Positions 1 to 11,400 of a stretch of 64,000 nucleotides of DNA are shown piece after piece. The position numbers were made by a program, and so were the translations under genes. The stretch's first letter is position 1. Every line of letters starts with the position of its first letter. The notes beneath the pieces were generated by a model, which was not told the DNA's origin, did no database searches, and saw only the letters and a program-made list of their open reading frames with translations. Origin of the DNA: a virus; the IMG/VR virus record IMGVR_UViG_3300022602_002120, positions 64,001-128,000 of that record, one strand, 5' to 3'.

Positions 1-2517
1 AGAAACACCAATGCTATAAAATGTAGTTTTGAAATCATAGAACCATATGGTTTTACTATGGTTGAAAGAATTCTTAAAACCACACAAGATCTGGGTGGTA
101 GCAACTATCTTGACATGCCATATCTAGTGCAGATTGATTTCTTCGCAATGGATGATGCAGGCACGATCACAGGAGCATTGCCTGATTTACAAAAACGTCT
201 TCCTGTTAAATTTACCAAGATGGATATCAAGGTAACTGAGCGCGGCGCATCATATACTGTGAATGCTATACCATTTGGCCATGATGGATTTACTGGCTCG
301 GCAATCACAGTACCATCTAACATGGAAGTTACAGCAAAAACCGTAGCAGACTTTTTCCAAAGCGTTGAAGGAACATCAGCAGACTCATTTGCACAAGCTG
401 TAGTAGCTAGCTCAGATTTGTCACAACGTCAAACAACAGATGCTCAAGCAGCGGCTAATCTAAATGCTCCTACTATGTTGTACAATTCTCTACAACAAAA
501 TTCTGTTATTAATGTAGATTCTTTTGGTACAGCAATTAACGCTTATTTTGCTGGTCTTAAAAATGCAGGCAAAATTTCTATAGCAGATATCTATAGATTT
601 GAATTCTTGCCAGACCCCGATACAGGGCAGGATGTTATAGGATCATCTACTTTTGTTGATCCTGCAGCTAATACTCCTAAAGCAACGCCAATGAAGAAGA
701 ATTCAGACGTTAAAGAAACTATTAGTATGAAATTGTCTGATGTAGGTAATAGTCAAAATACATACGATACTACCCGTGGCATTTTTAGTATTAACTATGG
801 TACAGCAATTGATAAACTATTAGAATATGTAATACGTAATAGTTCTTATATACATGATCAATTGGTTATCCCTGATGGTATGTCAGATGCTGACTATCAA
901 GCACGTAAAGATCAAATGAAAGATAAGCCACTTAAATGGTTTAAGATTGTGCCTAAGATTAGACTATTGGGATATGACACAATAAGAAAATTATGGGCTA
1001 AAGAATATACCTATTCAGTACAGCCTTATAAAATGTATAATCTACGTAGTGATATTGCACCACAAGGTATTGTAGTAAATCCAGTCAAGGCCTACAACTA
1101 TATATTCACAGGTAAAAATAGTGATATAATACATTTAGACATTGTTTTTAATACTTTGTTCTATACTCAACAGACAGCTTATAGAAATAATCAAGGTGAA
1201 ACAAGCCCAACAGCTGAAAGTATTAACACTGATTACCAATATCAGAATGCACCTAATTATTCTGGCGGTGATGCTCCATTAGGAGTTAATTACGATGCTG
1301 TGATGCCGTTAGTTATGAAACCTGTGGTGCAGAACTCTAAGGCTGTGGCTACGGGTAATCCGACAGATGCCAAAGCTGTGGGCGCTGCGGATTTAGCAGA
1401 AAGTATTATGAGTAGTAGTTCAGCTGACATGCTGACTATTAAGATGTCAATTATTGGTGATCCTGATTATATCAAACAAGATGACGTATTTTATGGGCCA
1501 TCGGCGGCACTTACTACTGAAATAGCCAACTCATTTGATCCACGACTATTACCAAATGGTGGTAGTTTAACTATGGATCAAAGCGGATTATATGTTCAAG
1601 TATTGTTTAAAGTTCCTAGAGATATTGATGACAGTACAGGATTTATGAAATATGATGCTGGCCAACGAAACAGTGTATTTAGTGGCTTATATCAAGTTCT
1701 TACTGTGACTAGTACTTTTACTAAAGGTGAGTTTACACAAGAACTTACAATGAATCGTATACCACGACAAGTGGCCTTTGATTATGTAAGTGCTACTAAC
1801 AATACAACCTCTAATGCAAGACCAGCATCTAGTAATGTCGCGTCAACTATAGTAAATTCAGTAACAGCAACACCAACCCCTAGTTCAGCGGCCGCAGCAG
1901 ATACCGCGGTTGATCAAACTCCAGGACAAAATCAACAAACAGCGGCAACTAATATCTCAGCTCAAGATGCAGCCGATACGCCTACACCAACAGCAGCACA
2001 ACAAGATTTAGCCAACGTAAGAGCTAGTGGTACTACTACAGATATTAATAGTCAAAATGCTCCACAAGAAACACCACAAGTACAGACACCAACAGTAACA
2101 GATATTAATACACAATTCTTAGGTACCGCAAAAACTACAGCAATAGAAGTTAGAGATTTAGTAATGCACAGAAATAGTGTATATAATTTAGCACGAGCTA
2201 CAGATAGTGGACTAACTAGATTAATTGACCAATATATTGCACAAGACCCTGCTAACGGTGACCTGACAGATAATGAATTGGCAGCTAAATATCCAGACGT
2301 TGCTACACTAGTAGCAAGAAAACAAAACTTATTAGCACAACAAAAACAATTGAATCAACAGATTACAGATACAGCAAATTCAATAGTTCAAAGCGAACCG
2401 CAGAAAGCTACACTCAACGTAGATATTACGTTTAATAGTACAGCTAAAGGCCCGTCGCCAACTATAGTAGTAGGCGGCCAACGACTATTAGAATTTGGAA
2501 CTACACCAGGATCATAA
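1..2517 (+). CDS. Tail/baseplate-associated structural protein, 5'-truncated by the window edge
   Basis: Frame 1 is open from base 1 (RNTNAIKCSFEIIEPYGFT before the Met at 58), so the gene starts upstream. It lies directly before the gp5-like hub and has a T/A/Q-rich linker near its C-terminus. Confidence 0.6.
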   Translation, partial: RNTNAIKCSFEIIEPYGFTMVERILKTTQDLGGSNYLDMPYLVQIDFFAMDDAGTITGALPDLQKRLPVKFTKMDIKVTERGASYTVNAIPFGHDGFTGSAITVPSNMEVTAKTVADFFQSVEGTSADSFAQAVVASSDLSQRQTTDAQAAANLNAPTMLYNSLQQNSVINVDSFGTAINAYFAGLKNAGKISIADIYRFEFLPDPDTGQDVIGSSTFVDPAANTPKATPMKKNSDVKETISMKLSDVGNSQNTYDTTRGIFSINYGTAIDKLLEYVIRNSSYIHDQLVIPDGMSDADYQARKDQMKDKPLKWFKIVPKIRLLGYDTIRKLWAKEYTYSVQPYKMYNLRSDIAPQGIVVNPVKAYNYIFTGKNSDIIHLDIVFNTLFYTQQTAYRNNQGETSPTAESINTDYQYQNAPNYSGGDAPLGVNYDAVMPLVMKPVVQNSKAVATGNPTDAKAVGAADLAESIMSSSSADMLTIKMSIIGDPDYIKQDDVFYGPSAALTTEIANSFDPRLLPNGGSLTMDQSGLYVQVLFKVPRDIDDSTGFMKYDAGQRNSVFSGLYQVLTVTSTFTKGEFTQELTMNRIPRQVAFDYVSATNNTTSNARPASSNVASTIVNSVTATPTPSSAAAADTAVDQTPGQNQQTAATNISAQDAADTPTPTAAQQDLANVRASGTTTDINSQNAPQETPQVQTPTVTDINTQFLGTAKTTAIEVRDLVMHRNSVYNLARATDSGLTRLIDQYIAQDPANGDLTDNELAAKYPDVATLVARKQNLLAQQKQLNQQITDTANSIVQSEPQKATLNVDITFNSTAKGPSPTIVVGGQRLLEFGTTPGS

Positions 2518-2520
2518 CAC

Positions 2521-4593
2521 ATGGCATTAGATCATAGAGTTGGCAATAAGGTTGTTAAAAATGCTCGTCGCGAAGAAGCATCAGGTACTCGCGTTGATCC
2601 TTATCCATATATAGGCATTGTTAAAAATAATTTAGATCCAACACGTAGCGGACGTTTACAAGTTTATATTCCAGATCTAGGTGGTCCACCGGATGATCCT
2701 AAAAACTGGCGCACAGTAAGTTATAGTAGTCCGTTTATGGGATATACTAGTCAGACAGAACTTTCAACAGATCGCCCACCCACTACTAACGCATTTGGCA
2801 CAGTTCATCATACCTATGGTATGTGGATGGTCCCGCCTGATGTGGGTATAGAAGTTATTTGTATTTTTATCGCGGGTGACCCTCTACGTGGATACTGGAT
2901 AAGCTGTGTTAATCCTAACCTTAGCCACTACATGGTTCCTGGTCTAGCTGGAACGCAAAATGTCGATCTTACTAGCCTAACGCCAGGACAACGTAAAACA
3001 GTTCAAGACGGTGATATCTTACCAGTAGTTGAATTTAATGAATATACCAGCGACTTTACTAATGCCGCTTTTTACAATAACAATAAACCAGTACACACAT
3101 ATCAATGGGCAATATATCAAAAGCAAGGTCTAGATAAAGACGTCGTACGTGGCCCACAATCTAGTAGTAGTCAACGTGAAAGTCCTAGTTATGTATTTGG
3201 TATTAGTACACCGGGTCGTCCTGTAAATGATCCAGCAGATGATACTAACTATTTGTCAAACCTCACAACAGGTACAATAGATCCTAAGTACAATACTGTA
3301 AAATCACGTAAAGGTGGCCATGTATTTGTTATGGACGATGGTTCTACCCTAGGTGATGATCAACTTATACGTTTACGTACCGCAGGTGGACATCAGATAT
3401 TAATGCACGATTCGAACGAGTCGTTATATATTTCTCATGCTAATGGCTATAGCTGGGTTGAACTAACTAAGGACGGCAAGATTTTAGCCTACAGTAAGAA
3501 CGGCATGGCTTTGCGTACAGAAGGCGATTTTAATATTGTGGCAGGTGGTGACTTTAACCTTGATGTAACAGGTAAAATTAACATTAAATCAGGTGCTAGC
3601 GTAGCATTAGAAACACCGTTGGCAAACTTTCTTGTAGCTGGTAAGTTAAGTGTAACAGCCACAGGTGGAACAGAATTAAAAACAGGATCATTTAAAGTAG
3701 ATAGTGATGGCAAAATAGGTCTTAATGCAGGTGGTCCTATCGCTGTCCAAGGTGCAAGTTTTAAACAACAAAGTGGAGGTACAGATTCACTTAAAGCACT
3801 GACTCCTATTACACCTAACAAACTACCAGATACAGCATCAACAGGTGCTAGCTGGGTTAGTACTCCTGGTAAGTTAGAAACTATTGCTACAGTGGCACCA
3901 ACACATGAACCATATGCTCGAGGTACTAAGGCCACAGCATTTACTCCATCTAGCCCTGGAATTCAACCGGGCGGCTATAGCGGTAGTGTTGATCAAACTA
4001 AACAAAATGATACATCTGGAGTAAAAAATCCAGCAGGTCTTAAAGATATACGCAATCAGCCTGCGGCAACTAATGCTGTAGCAAATCTAACCAAAGATCA
4101 AACAACAGCATATCTCGCACAGATAGGCAAGAGTGAAAGTGGTGGTAACTATAATACCACTAACCAATTAGGCTATGTGGGCAAATATCAATTTGGTTGG
4201 CCTGCACTCTTTGATGGTGGCTATATTAAGAGCACAGTTAAAAGTAATGCAGGTCTACAAAATCCAAATGCCTGGACTGGCAAGAATGGCATTAGTAGTG
4301 TACAAGACTGGCTAAACAACGGCAACGAACAAGAAGCCGCTATGTTGGTATATACCCAAAGAAACTATACTAGTATGTGTAATATTGGTGCTGTATCAGC
4401 TGACCAAAGTCCGGAAGATGTTGCAGGTATGTTGGCATGCGCACACTTACTAGGCCCAGGCGGTGCTAAACAATGGCGTAATGGGCAAGGTGGATCAGAC
4501 GCTAATGGAACCACAGGTGATACATACTTCCAAAAAGGCAAATATGCTGTAGCTGTGCTAGCCCCACAATTACAGTCAGTAAATAACGGCTAA
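2521..4593 (+). CDS. Baseplate hub/spike (gp5/VgrG-like) with C-terminal lysozyme-like domain
   Basis: N-terminal GIVKNNLDPTRSGRLQVYIP and GMWMVPPDVG resemble the gp5 OB-fold; the middle has beta-repeats. The C-terminal KSESGGNY..GYVGKYQFG..AHLLGPGGA resembles a lysozyme or lytic transglycosylase. Confidence 0.75.
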   Translation: MALDHRVGNKVVKNARREEASGTRVDPYPYIGIVKNNLDPTRSGRLQVYIPDLGGPPDDPKNWRTVSYSSPFMGYTSQTELSTDRPPTTNAFGTVHHTYGMWMVPPDVGIEVICIFIAGDPLRGYWISCVNPNLSHYMVPGLAGTQNVDLTSLTPGQRKTVQDGDILPVVEFNEYTSDFTNAAFYNNNKPVHTYQWAIYQKQGLDKDVVRGPQSSSSQRESPSYVFGISTPGRPVNDPADDTNYLSNLTTGTIDPKYNTVKSRKGGHVFVMDDGSTLGDDQLIRLRTAGGHQILMHDSNESLYISHANGYSWVELTKDGKILAYSKNGMALRTEGDFNIVAGGDFNLDVTGKINIKSGASVALETPLANFLVAGKLSVTATGGTELKTGSFKVDSDGKIGLNAGGPIAVQGASFKQQSGGTDSLKALTPITPNKLPDTASTGASWVSTPGKLETIATVAPTHEPYARGTKATAFTPSSPGIQPGGYSGSVDQTKQNDTSGVKNPAGLKDIRNQPAATNAVANLTKDQTTAYLAQIGKSESGGNYNTTNQLGYVGKYQFGWPALFDGGYIKSTVKSNAGLQNPNAWTGKNGISSVQDWLNNGNEQEAAMLVYTQRNYTSMCNIGAVSADQSPEDVAGMLACAHLLGPGGAKQWRNGQGGSDANGTTGDTYFQKGKYAVAVLAPQLQSVNNG

Positions 4594-4596
4594 ATA
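4591..4596 (+). promoter_or_regulatory. TAAATA late-promoter-like motif
   Basis: TAAATA lies 5 nt before the ATG at 4602 with no Shine-Dalgarno; it resembles the T4 late TATAAATA. Confidence 0.5.
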
Positions 4597-4601
4597 TTAC
4601 T

Positions 4602-4979
4602 ATGGCTACAGTATATAAAGGTTTTAGTACAATAGGTCCAAGTAACAATTTCCGTTTAACGGATTTTGACCTAATCAAACAGGATATTATTAACCACTTT
4701 AACATTCGTAAAGGTGAGAAATTAATGAATCCTAACTTTGGTACGATTATATGGAATGTACTATATGAGCCATTCACTGAAGATCTAAAAAGTGTAATTA
4801 TCACAGATATCACAGCCGTTGCTGGCTATGATCCTCGTGTGAGCTTTGATAACATTATTGTTACAGAATATGATCAGGGCATACAAATAGAACTACAATT
4901 ACGCTACGTTTTAACCAATCAAGTCAACACTATGCTGCTTAATTTTAACGGCACAACACAGAAACTATCCGTGATGTAA
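4602..4979 (+). CDS. Baseplate wedge subunit, gp25-like
   Basis: DLIKQDIINHFNIRKGEKLMNPNFGTIIWNVLYEP fits the gp25/GPW pattern; it lies between the hub and gp6-like genes. Confidence 0.85.
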   Translation: MATVYKGFSTIGPSNNFRLTDFDLIKQDIINHFNIRKGEKLMNPNFGTIIWNVLYEPFTEDLKSVIITDITAVAGYDPRVSFDNIIVTEYDQGIQIELQLRYVLTNQVNTMLLNFNGTTQKLSVM

Positions 4980-5002
4980 TTAACTACGCTGTTTATTTCT
5001 AA

Positions 5003-5010
5003 GATAAATA
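5003..5010 (+). promoter_or_regulatory. GATAAATA late-promoter-like motif
   Basis: Intergenic GATAAATA, followed by an AGGAA Shine-Dalgarno-like site and the ATG at 5031. Confidence 0.5.
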
Positions 5011-5030
5011 CATTATATTAGGAATAAAGT

Positions 5031-8000
5031 ATGGCAACCACAACGAGACAGACTAGTTTATTAGTCGCAGAAGACTGGACTAAACTATATCAAACGTTCC
5101 GCAACGCAGACTTTCAAAGTTACGACTATGAAACGCTACGTGCTTCGATGATCAGTTATCTTCAATTATACTATCCTGAAGATTTTAACGATTACATTGA
5201 AAGTTCTGAATTTATTGCGCTAATTGATATGATTTCCTTCTTAGGACAATCATTAGCCTTCCGCGGCGATTTAAATGCTCGTGAAAACTTTATCGATACA
5301 GCACAACGTCGTGACAGTATCTTAAAATTAGCACGTCTGATCTCATATAATCCTAAACGTAATATTAACAGCAAAGGCTATTTAAAATTTGACAGTGTGT
5401 CAACTACAGAAACAGTATATGATAGCAACGGGATTAATCTAAGCAATCTAATTATCAATTGGGCCGATAGTGCTAACAGTAATTGGTTAGAACAATTTAC
5501 TATCGTATTAAATGCGGCACTACAAAGCAATCAAGTAATTGGTAAACCAGCTAGTAGTCAAATTATTGCTGGAGTAACTACAGAAGAATATAACATAAAT
5601 TATATTCCTAGTAGACTAGCTATCTATCCATTTAAATCTACAGTTGGTGGTACCAGCATGGATTTTGAATTTGTAAGCCCAACCACTACAGGCCAAAATT
5701 ATGTTTATGAGGCAGCACCATTTATAAGTGCACCATTTAATTTCCTATATAAAAATGACGGTCTAGGTAATGGTAGCAACAACACAGGCTATTTCTTATA
5801 CTTTGTACAAGGTACACTACAAAGTCAAGACTTTAATTTTGCAGAAAGTATTCCAAATCGCACCTATAGTATCAACGCTAATAATATCAACAATAGTGAT
5901 ATTTGGCTTTATATGGTAAACAGTGATGGCACATTGGGTGAGATGTGGACACAAACTCCTGCTGTGGCTAACACTAATGTTATCTATAATAATAGTTCAA
6001 CACGTGACATTTATCAAGTTAATACACGTGCTAGTGATCAAATTGATCTAGTATTCGGTGACGGCGCATTTGCGACCATTCCACAAGGTAATTTCCGTTT
6101 ATACTATAGAATATCAAACGGTCTACAATACAAAATTACACCTGACGAAATGCAAGGTGTGGTTATGTCACTTAACTACCTAAGTCAATCAGGTCGTGTA
6201 GAAGTATTAAACATTACAGCTAGTCTACAGTATACAATTGCTAATGCAACTACACGTGAAAGTCTGGACGAGATTAGACAAAAAGCGCCGCAACAATTCT
6301 ATACACAGAATCGTATGATCACAGGTGAAGACTACAACATCTTACCTTATACGCTATTCTCAAACATTTTAAAAGTAAAAGCTGTTAACCGTACTAGTTC
6401 TGGTATTAGTCGTTATCTTGATGTTATTGACGTAACAGGCAAATATTCTAGTACTAATATTTTTGCTGAAGATGGCATATTGTATCGTGATAATTTTACC
6501 AGCACATTCAGCTTTGATTATTATACATCAAATGACATTTATCGTGTTATCTACGATCAAGTTGCTCATATAGCGCAGGCATCAGAAACACTTCAATTGT
6601 TCTATGCTGACTATCCACTGATTACATTAACTAACATCTATTGGCATACATCGACAACTATTGCTAATGGTAGCACAGGTTACTTTGTTGACGTAAACGG
6701 AAATATTTTACAAATCGGCAACTATGTTGCTAACAGTAACAAATATATTCAACAAGGTAGTATTGTTAGACTTAGTGCAGGTCCAGGAAACTACTTTAAC
6801 AGTCAAAATTATGTTCAAACAGGAACACCAAGCAAACCGGGTGACAAATATTATATCTACGCAGCTATCGAATTGGTTGATGCTGATGGTACTAATAGTG
6901 GTCAAGGTAACCTTGCTAGTGGTGCAGGACCTGTAACTATTAACCAAGTTATTCCAGCAACAGGGCTTAACGGATCAGCGCAAACAATCATTGGTGACAA
7001 AGTATTTGCTGTATTTAATAACAACTTTTCTAATACCTTAGTACAATCAATGGTAGGTTACATACAGGCCTATGCTAACTTCGGTCTACGTTATGATACA
7101 TCAACAGGTGCTTGGACTATTATTCTGCCAGGCAATTTAAATTTAAACGGTGAGTTTGACTTAACTTATGCAGGCGATACTAGTGGGCAAGCATTAGACA
7201 GCAGCTGGATTATTGCATTCCAGACAGTAGGTAAAACTTATACAGTACTATATCGTGGGTTAAGCTATATTTTTGAAAGTGTCCAAGAAACTAATTTTTA
7301 TTATGACGGCACAACTAAGATTTACGACTCTAAGACAGGACTAACAGTTCACGACCAAGTTAAAGTATTAAAAGTTAATAGTAATCCAGATGACAATAAT
7401 CCATTGGCTCTGGACTATACTTGGTATATTAATAAGGCCATTACTGAAGTTGATGGTTATGTAGATATTAATAAAATTTCCGTGACATTTAGTGATAATA
7501 ACAATGACGGTATTCCAGATAATCCTGAATTATTTGATCTTATTGTTAATCCAAGTGTAAACACCATTGACAAATATGTGTATTTCCAAGAAACTGTGGG
7601 GTATGATAACTTTACAGTTCAAACTCCTGTAGACAACGCTACAGTTATTTCGATGTACTCTACATTGCGTGCTATTGAACAGGCTAAAACACTATATCAA
7701 AATGGACAATTGTTCTATATTCCGGCAATTGATACATTCTATCAATTAAGTGTAAGTGGTGCTGTTTATACTGTTTCTGAAGTTACTGGTTATACAGCTA
7801 AATTAGGTCGTCAAGACCTGTACTTCCAATATCGTCATAACAGTCCAAATAATAGACGTATCGATCCCAGTCCTAATAATATTATTGACTTATATGTATT
7901 AACACAACAATATACGGCAGATTATCTAGCTTGGATACAAGATACATCGGGTCAAGTTACACAACCAATTGCACCCACTAGCGAAGAATTAGAATCAGAT

Positions 8001-8450
8001 TATAGCACACTAGATAACTATAAGGCCATCAGTGATACTATCATTTACAATCCTGCGGCATTTAAACCCTTGTTCGGTGCCAAAGCAGACCCAACACTAC
8101 AAGCAACATTTAAAGTAGTTAAGAATCCTAATGTAGTTATTAGTGATAATGAAGTTAAAACAAGTTTGATTGCTGCAATCAATAGTTATTTTGATGTAGC
8201 AAATTGGGACTTTGGTGAAACATTCTACTTCAGTGAATTAGCAAGTTATTTGCATGTTCAATTAGCTCCAAACGTTTCAAGTATTATCCTTGTTCCAGCT
8301 AACCAAGCAGAAGTATTTGGCAGTTTGTTACAGGTAAATGCTAATATCAATGAAGTTATTACAAGTGCAGCCACAGTTGATAATGTACAAATTATCACAG
8401 CAATTACAGCAGCACAAATAAATCAAACTGGTACAGTAATAGTAGCTTAA
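5031..8450 (+). CDS. Baseplate wedge protein, T4 gp6-like (extended)
   Basis: N-terminal DFQSYDYETLR..EDFNDYIESSEFIALID..ARENFIDTAQRRDSILKLARLISYNPKR and LDEIRQKAPQQFYTQNRMITGEDY match the gp6/baseplate-J pattern. Confidence 0.8.
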   Translation: MATTTRQTSLLVAEDWTKLYQTFRNADFQSYDYETLRASMISYLQLYYPEDFNDYIESSEFIALIDMISFLGQSLAFRGDLNARENFIDTAQRRDSILKLARLISYNPKRNINSKGYLKFDSVSTTETVYDSNGINLSNLIINWADSANSNWLEQFTIVLNAALQSNQVIGKPASSQIIAGVTTEEYNINYIPSRLAIYPFKSTVGGTSMDFEFVSPTTTGQNYVYEAAPFISAPFNFLYKNDGLGNGSNNTGYFLYFVQGTLQSQDFNFAESIPNRTYSINANNINNSDIWLYMVNSDGTLGEMWTQTPAVANTNVIYNNSSTRDIYQVNTRASDQIDLVFGDGAFATIPQGNFRLYYRISNGLQYKITPDEMQGVVMSLNYLSQSGRVEVLNITASLQYTIANATTRESLDEIRQKAPQQFYTQNRMITGEDYNILPYTLFSNILKVKAVNRTSSGISRYLDVIDVTGKYSSTNIFAEDGILYRDNFTSTFSFDYYTSNDIYRVIYDQVAHIAQASETLQLFYADYPLITLTNIYWHTSTTIANGSTGYFVDVNGNILQIGNYVANSNKYIQQGSIVRLSAGPGNYFNSQNYVQTGTPSKPGDKYYIYAAIELVDADGTNSGQGNLASGAGPVTINQVIPATGLNGSAQTIIGDKVFAVFNNNFSNTLVQSMVGYIQAYANFGLRYDTSTGAWTIILPGNLNLNGEFDLTYAGDTSGQALDSSWIIAFQTVGKTYTVLYRGLSYIFESVQETNFYYDGTTKIYDSKTGLTVHDQVKVLKVNSNPDDNNPLALDYTWYINKAITEVDGYVDINKISVTFSDNNNDGIPDNPELFDLIVNPSVNTIDKYVYFQETVGYDNFTVQTPVDNATVISMYSTLRAIEQAKTLYQNGQLFYIPAIDTFYQLSVSGAVYTVSEVTGYTAKLGRQDLYFQYRHNSPNNRRIDPSPNNIIDLYVLTQQYTADYLAWIQDTSGQVTQPIAPTSEELESDYSTLDNYKAISDTIIYNPAAFKPLFGAKADPTLQATFKVVKNPNVVISDNEVKTSLIAAINSYFDVANWDFGETFYFSELASYLHVQLAPNVSSIILVPANQAEVFGSLLQVNANINEVITSAATVDNVQIITAITAAQINQTGTVIVA

Positions 8451-8468
8451 TAGAAAAACGGAACCATA

Positions 8469-11400
8469 ATGGCAACAAGAAAAACCTATAAATTTTTACC
8501 TACAGTATTTCAAAGCGATACGAATAAGAAATTCCTAGCCGCTACGATGGATCAGTTAGTAACTGAACCTAATTTAGAAACGCTGTATGGATATATTGGT
8601 CGTAAATTTGCTCCTACTTATAGGTCAGGTGATAGTTATGTTATTGAAAATAACACTACTAGACAAGACTATCAATTAGAACCTGCGGTGGTAATTCGCA
8701 ATAATCAAAACGATGTTACCTTTGTTGCAGATTATGTAGACCTACTAGACAAGATTGGTTATTATGGTGGATTAACTAATGATCATAGTCGCTTGTTCCA
8801 ACAAGAATACTATTCATTTGATCCTAAGATTAGTTTTGATAAATTAATCAACTTTAGTCAATACTATTGGATACCTAATGGTCCTGATCCAGTGGGGGTA
8901 AGCACGACTGGAGTTCAATTAACAGAAACATACACTGTAACACGTGATGCAGCAAACGGTCGTTATGTCTATACTACTAACGGTGTAGTTGATAATAGTA
9001 TTACACTTGCACGCGGAGGTTCTTATCAATTTGTTGTAGATCAACCAGGTGTACCATTCTGGATACAAACAGAAACAGGTATAGATGGTGTAATAAGTGC
9101 TACACCGACACTAAGCTCACGTAACATATATGGTGTAACCAACAATGGTACAGACGTAGGCACTATTACATTTAACGTACCACAAATTACAGGGCAAGAT
9201 CGTTGGGTAAACATGCAGACTGTTTTCAATGCAGATTATGCTACTCCTATCCCATACACTCAATTATCAAACAAAACGCTTAGCCAGTTCCTAGCCGCGT
9301 ATCCACAATACGGTGGCATCACAGGACAATTAAATGGCAAATACACAATCTTTGTTGATGTAAGCTCATGGTCTAATGTCGGTGAAGCCGCGTGGACTAA
9401 TCCTACTGTAGTAGATGATGATGGTGATGTAATTCCAGGATATGATGCCGGAATAGTTATCCCTAATGCACAACGATATAATGTATGGCGTGTGGTTTAT
9501 GTTGATCTGGGTCAAAAATTACGTCTAGATACGCCTATTGCGGCCGATGTTGCCGCAGGCTCAAGTCTAACTGTAGGTGGTAATGTAACTGTATTATCAT
9601 ATGATGCTGTAGCTGGACAACAATATGTTTATATTCCTAGCAGTGTAGACGTACCAGCTAATGCCACAGTTAAACGTACTGATGTAGTAACATCATTGTC
9701 AGCAACACAATCAGGAACAAATTATATCACAGTAACATCAACAGTTGGATTAGAAGCTAAAATGCCTGTGGTATTTGTAGGCAATCCTGCTACCGGCGGA
9801 ATTGTATCAGGCACTACTTATTATATTAGTCAGGTAATTGATCAACGAACATTTACTATCAGTGCAACATCTGGAGGTAGTGTATTTGCGTTAACTACTG
9901 ACACTGGTATTATGGCTGTTACAGCATCTTACACTGAAATTTTACCAAGCACTATGGTAGTAAGCATATCTAAAGGTGATCCACTATTAAAATTAGTTCA
10001 CACACAAACTGTAAATGTAAATGAACAAGTATATATTAAGATTGGTCTAGTAAATGCTAATAAAAAATTCTATAAAGACTATGATGGATTCTTTTATGAA
10101 TCACCGTTGATCACAGCACCTATTAGTCAACTATGGATTCAAGATGGTAGTCTTGCTGAAATCTACTCTCCGATTAAACTCGTAGACTATTCCGGTTGGA
10201 CGATTGACGTTGAAAATGACATTATTGGCCAACAAAATTATACAAGTCCTAATGGAGTTGAATTTACCACAGGTCTTAAAGTACAATTTGGTGACGACGT
10301 AACTCCTGCATACTATCAAAATTCTCAGTTCTATGTAGAACAAGTGGGTGATCAAAATGAAGGTATTCAACTAGTAAAAGTGGATGAACTAGTAACACCT
10401 GAATTATACAATGACGAAATAGCTATCAATTACCCAGGTGAATATTTCCCTGACTATATTACAATTAACCGTGCTAGTAAAGATCGTAACGCATGGTCAC
10501 GTAATAATCGTTGGTTCCATATAGATGTAATTACAGCTACAGCGGCCTATAATGGCACTGTACCTACATTTTCAAATGGTATACGCGGTCAACGCCCTAT
10601 TGTACAATTTGAAGTTGATTTGCAATTGTTTAATGCTGGACGTATTGCTAAATTGCCTATTGACATTTTAGATACTACTATCCAGGACGCATTTACACAA
10701 TTACAAGGGCAATCTTATACTAATGTATTTGGTATAGACCTATTTGACAGCAACGGAAATCCATTATATCCAAACGGCTTACGTGTTATTTTTGGTGCAG
10801 ATAACGATCCACTTGTTAAAAATAAAATATATCTATTAACACTAGTACAATATAGTGTTGATCAATTCCAACAACCAACAGGCACATATTACATTCAACT
10901 TACCAAAGCAGATGATGGTGACGTAAGTGCTTATGATACTACCGTAGTTAATCTTGGCATACATAAAGGTAGCCAATGGTGGTATGATGGTATTAATTGG
11001 AATTCGAGTCAACAAAAAACATATCTACAACAACCGCCGTTATTTGATGTATTAGACAGTACTATAGATTTAACCACAGGTAATATAGTTGAGGGTAAGA
11101 GCCTAAGTCAATATACACGTAGCACATTTGTTGGTACACAAATATTTGGATACAATCGTGTAACTACAGGAACAGCAGATATAGTATTAAGTAGAGGTCC
11201 AGTAGCACCTATTCTTGATGCTAATGGTAATTCTATTACTGATTTCTATTTAAGTTATAAAAACTTCGCCACTCAAGGTGATATTAATTTCCAAAACTTC
11301 TTTAATACTGATACCTTCAGTTACTTTAACGATGCTGGAAAAATTATTACAGAGAATGTTAATGTTGGATATATTCAAAAGATTCTAGATAATCAAACAT

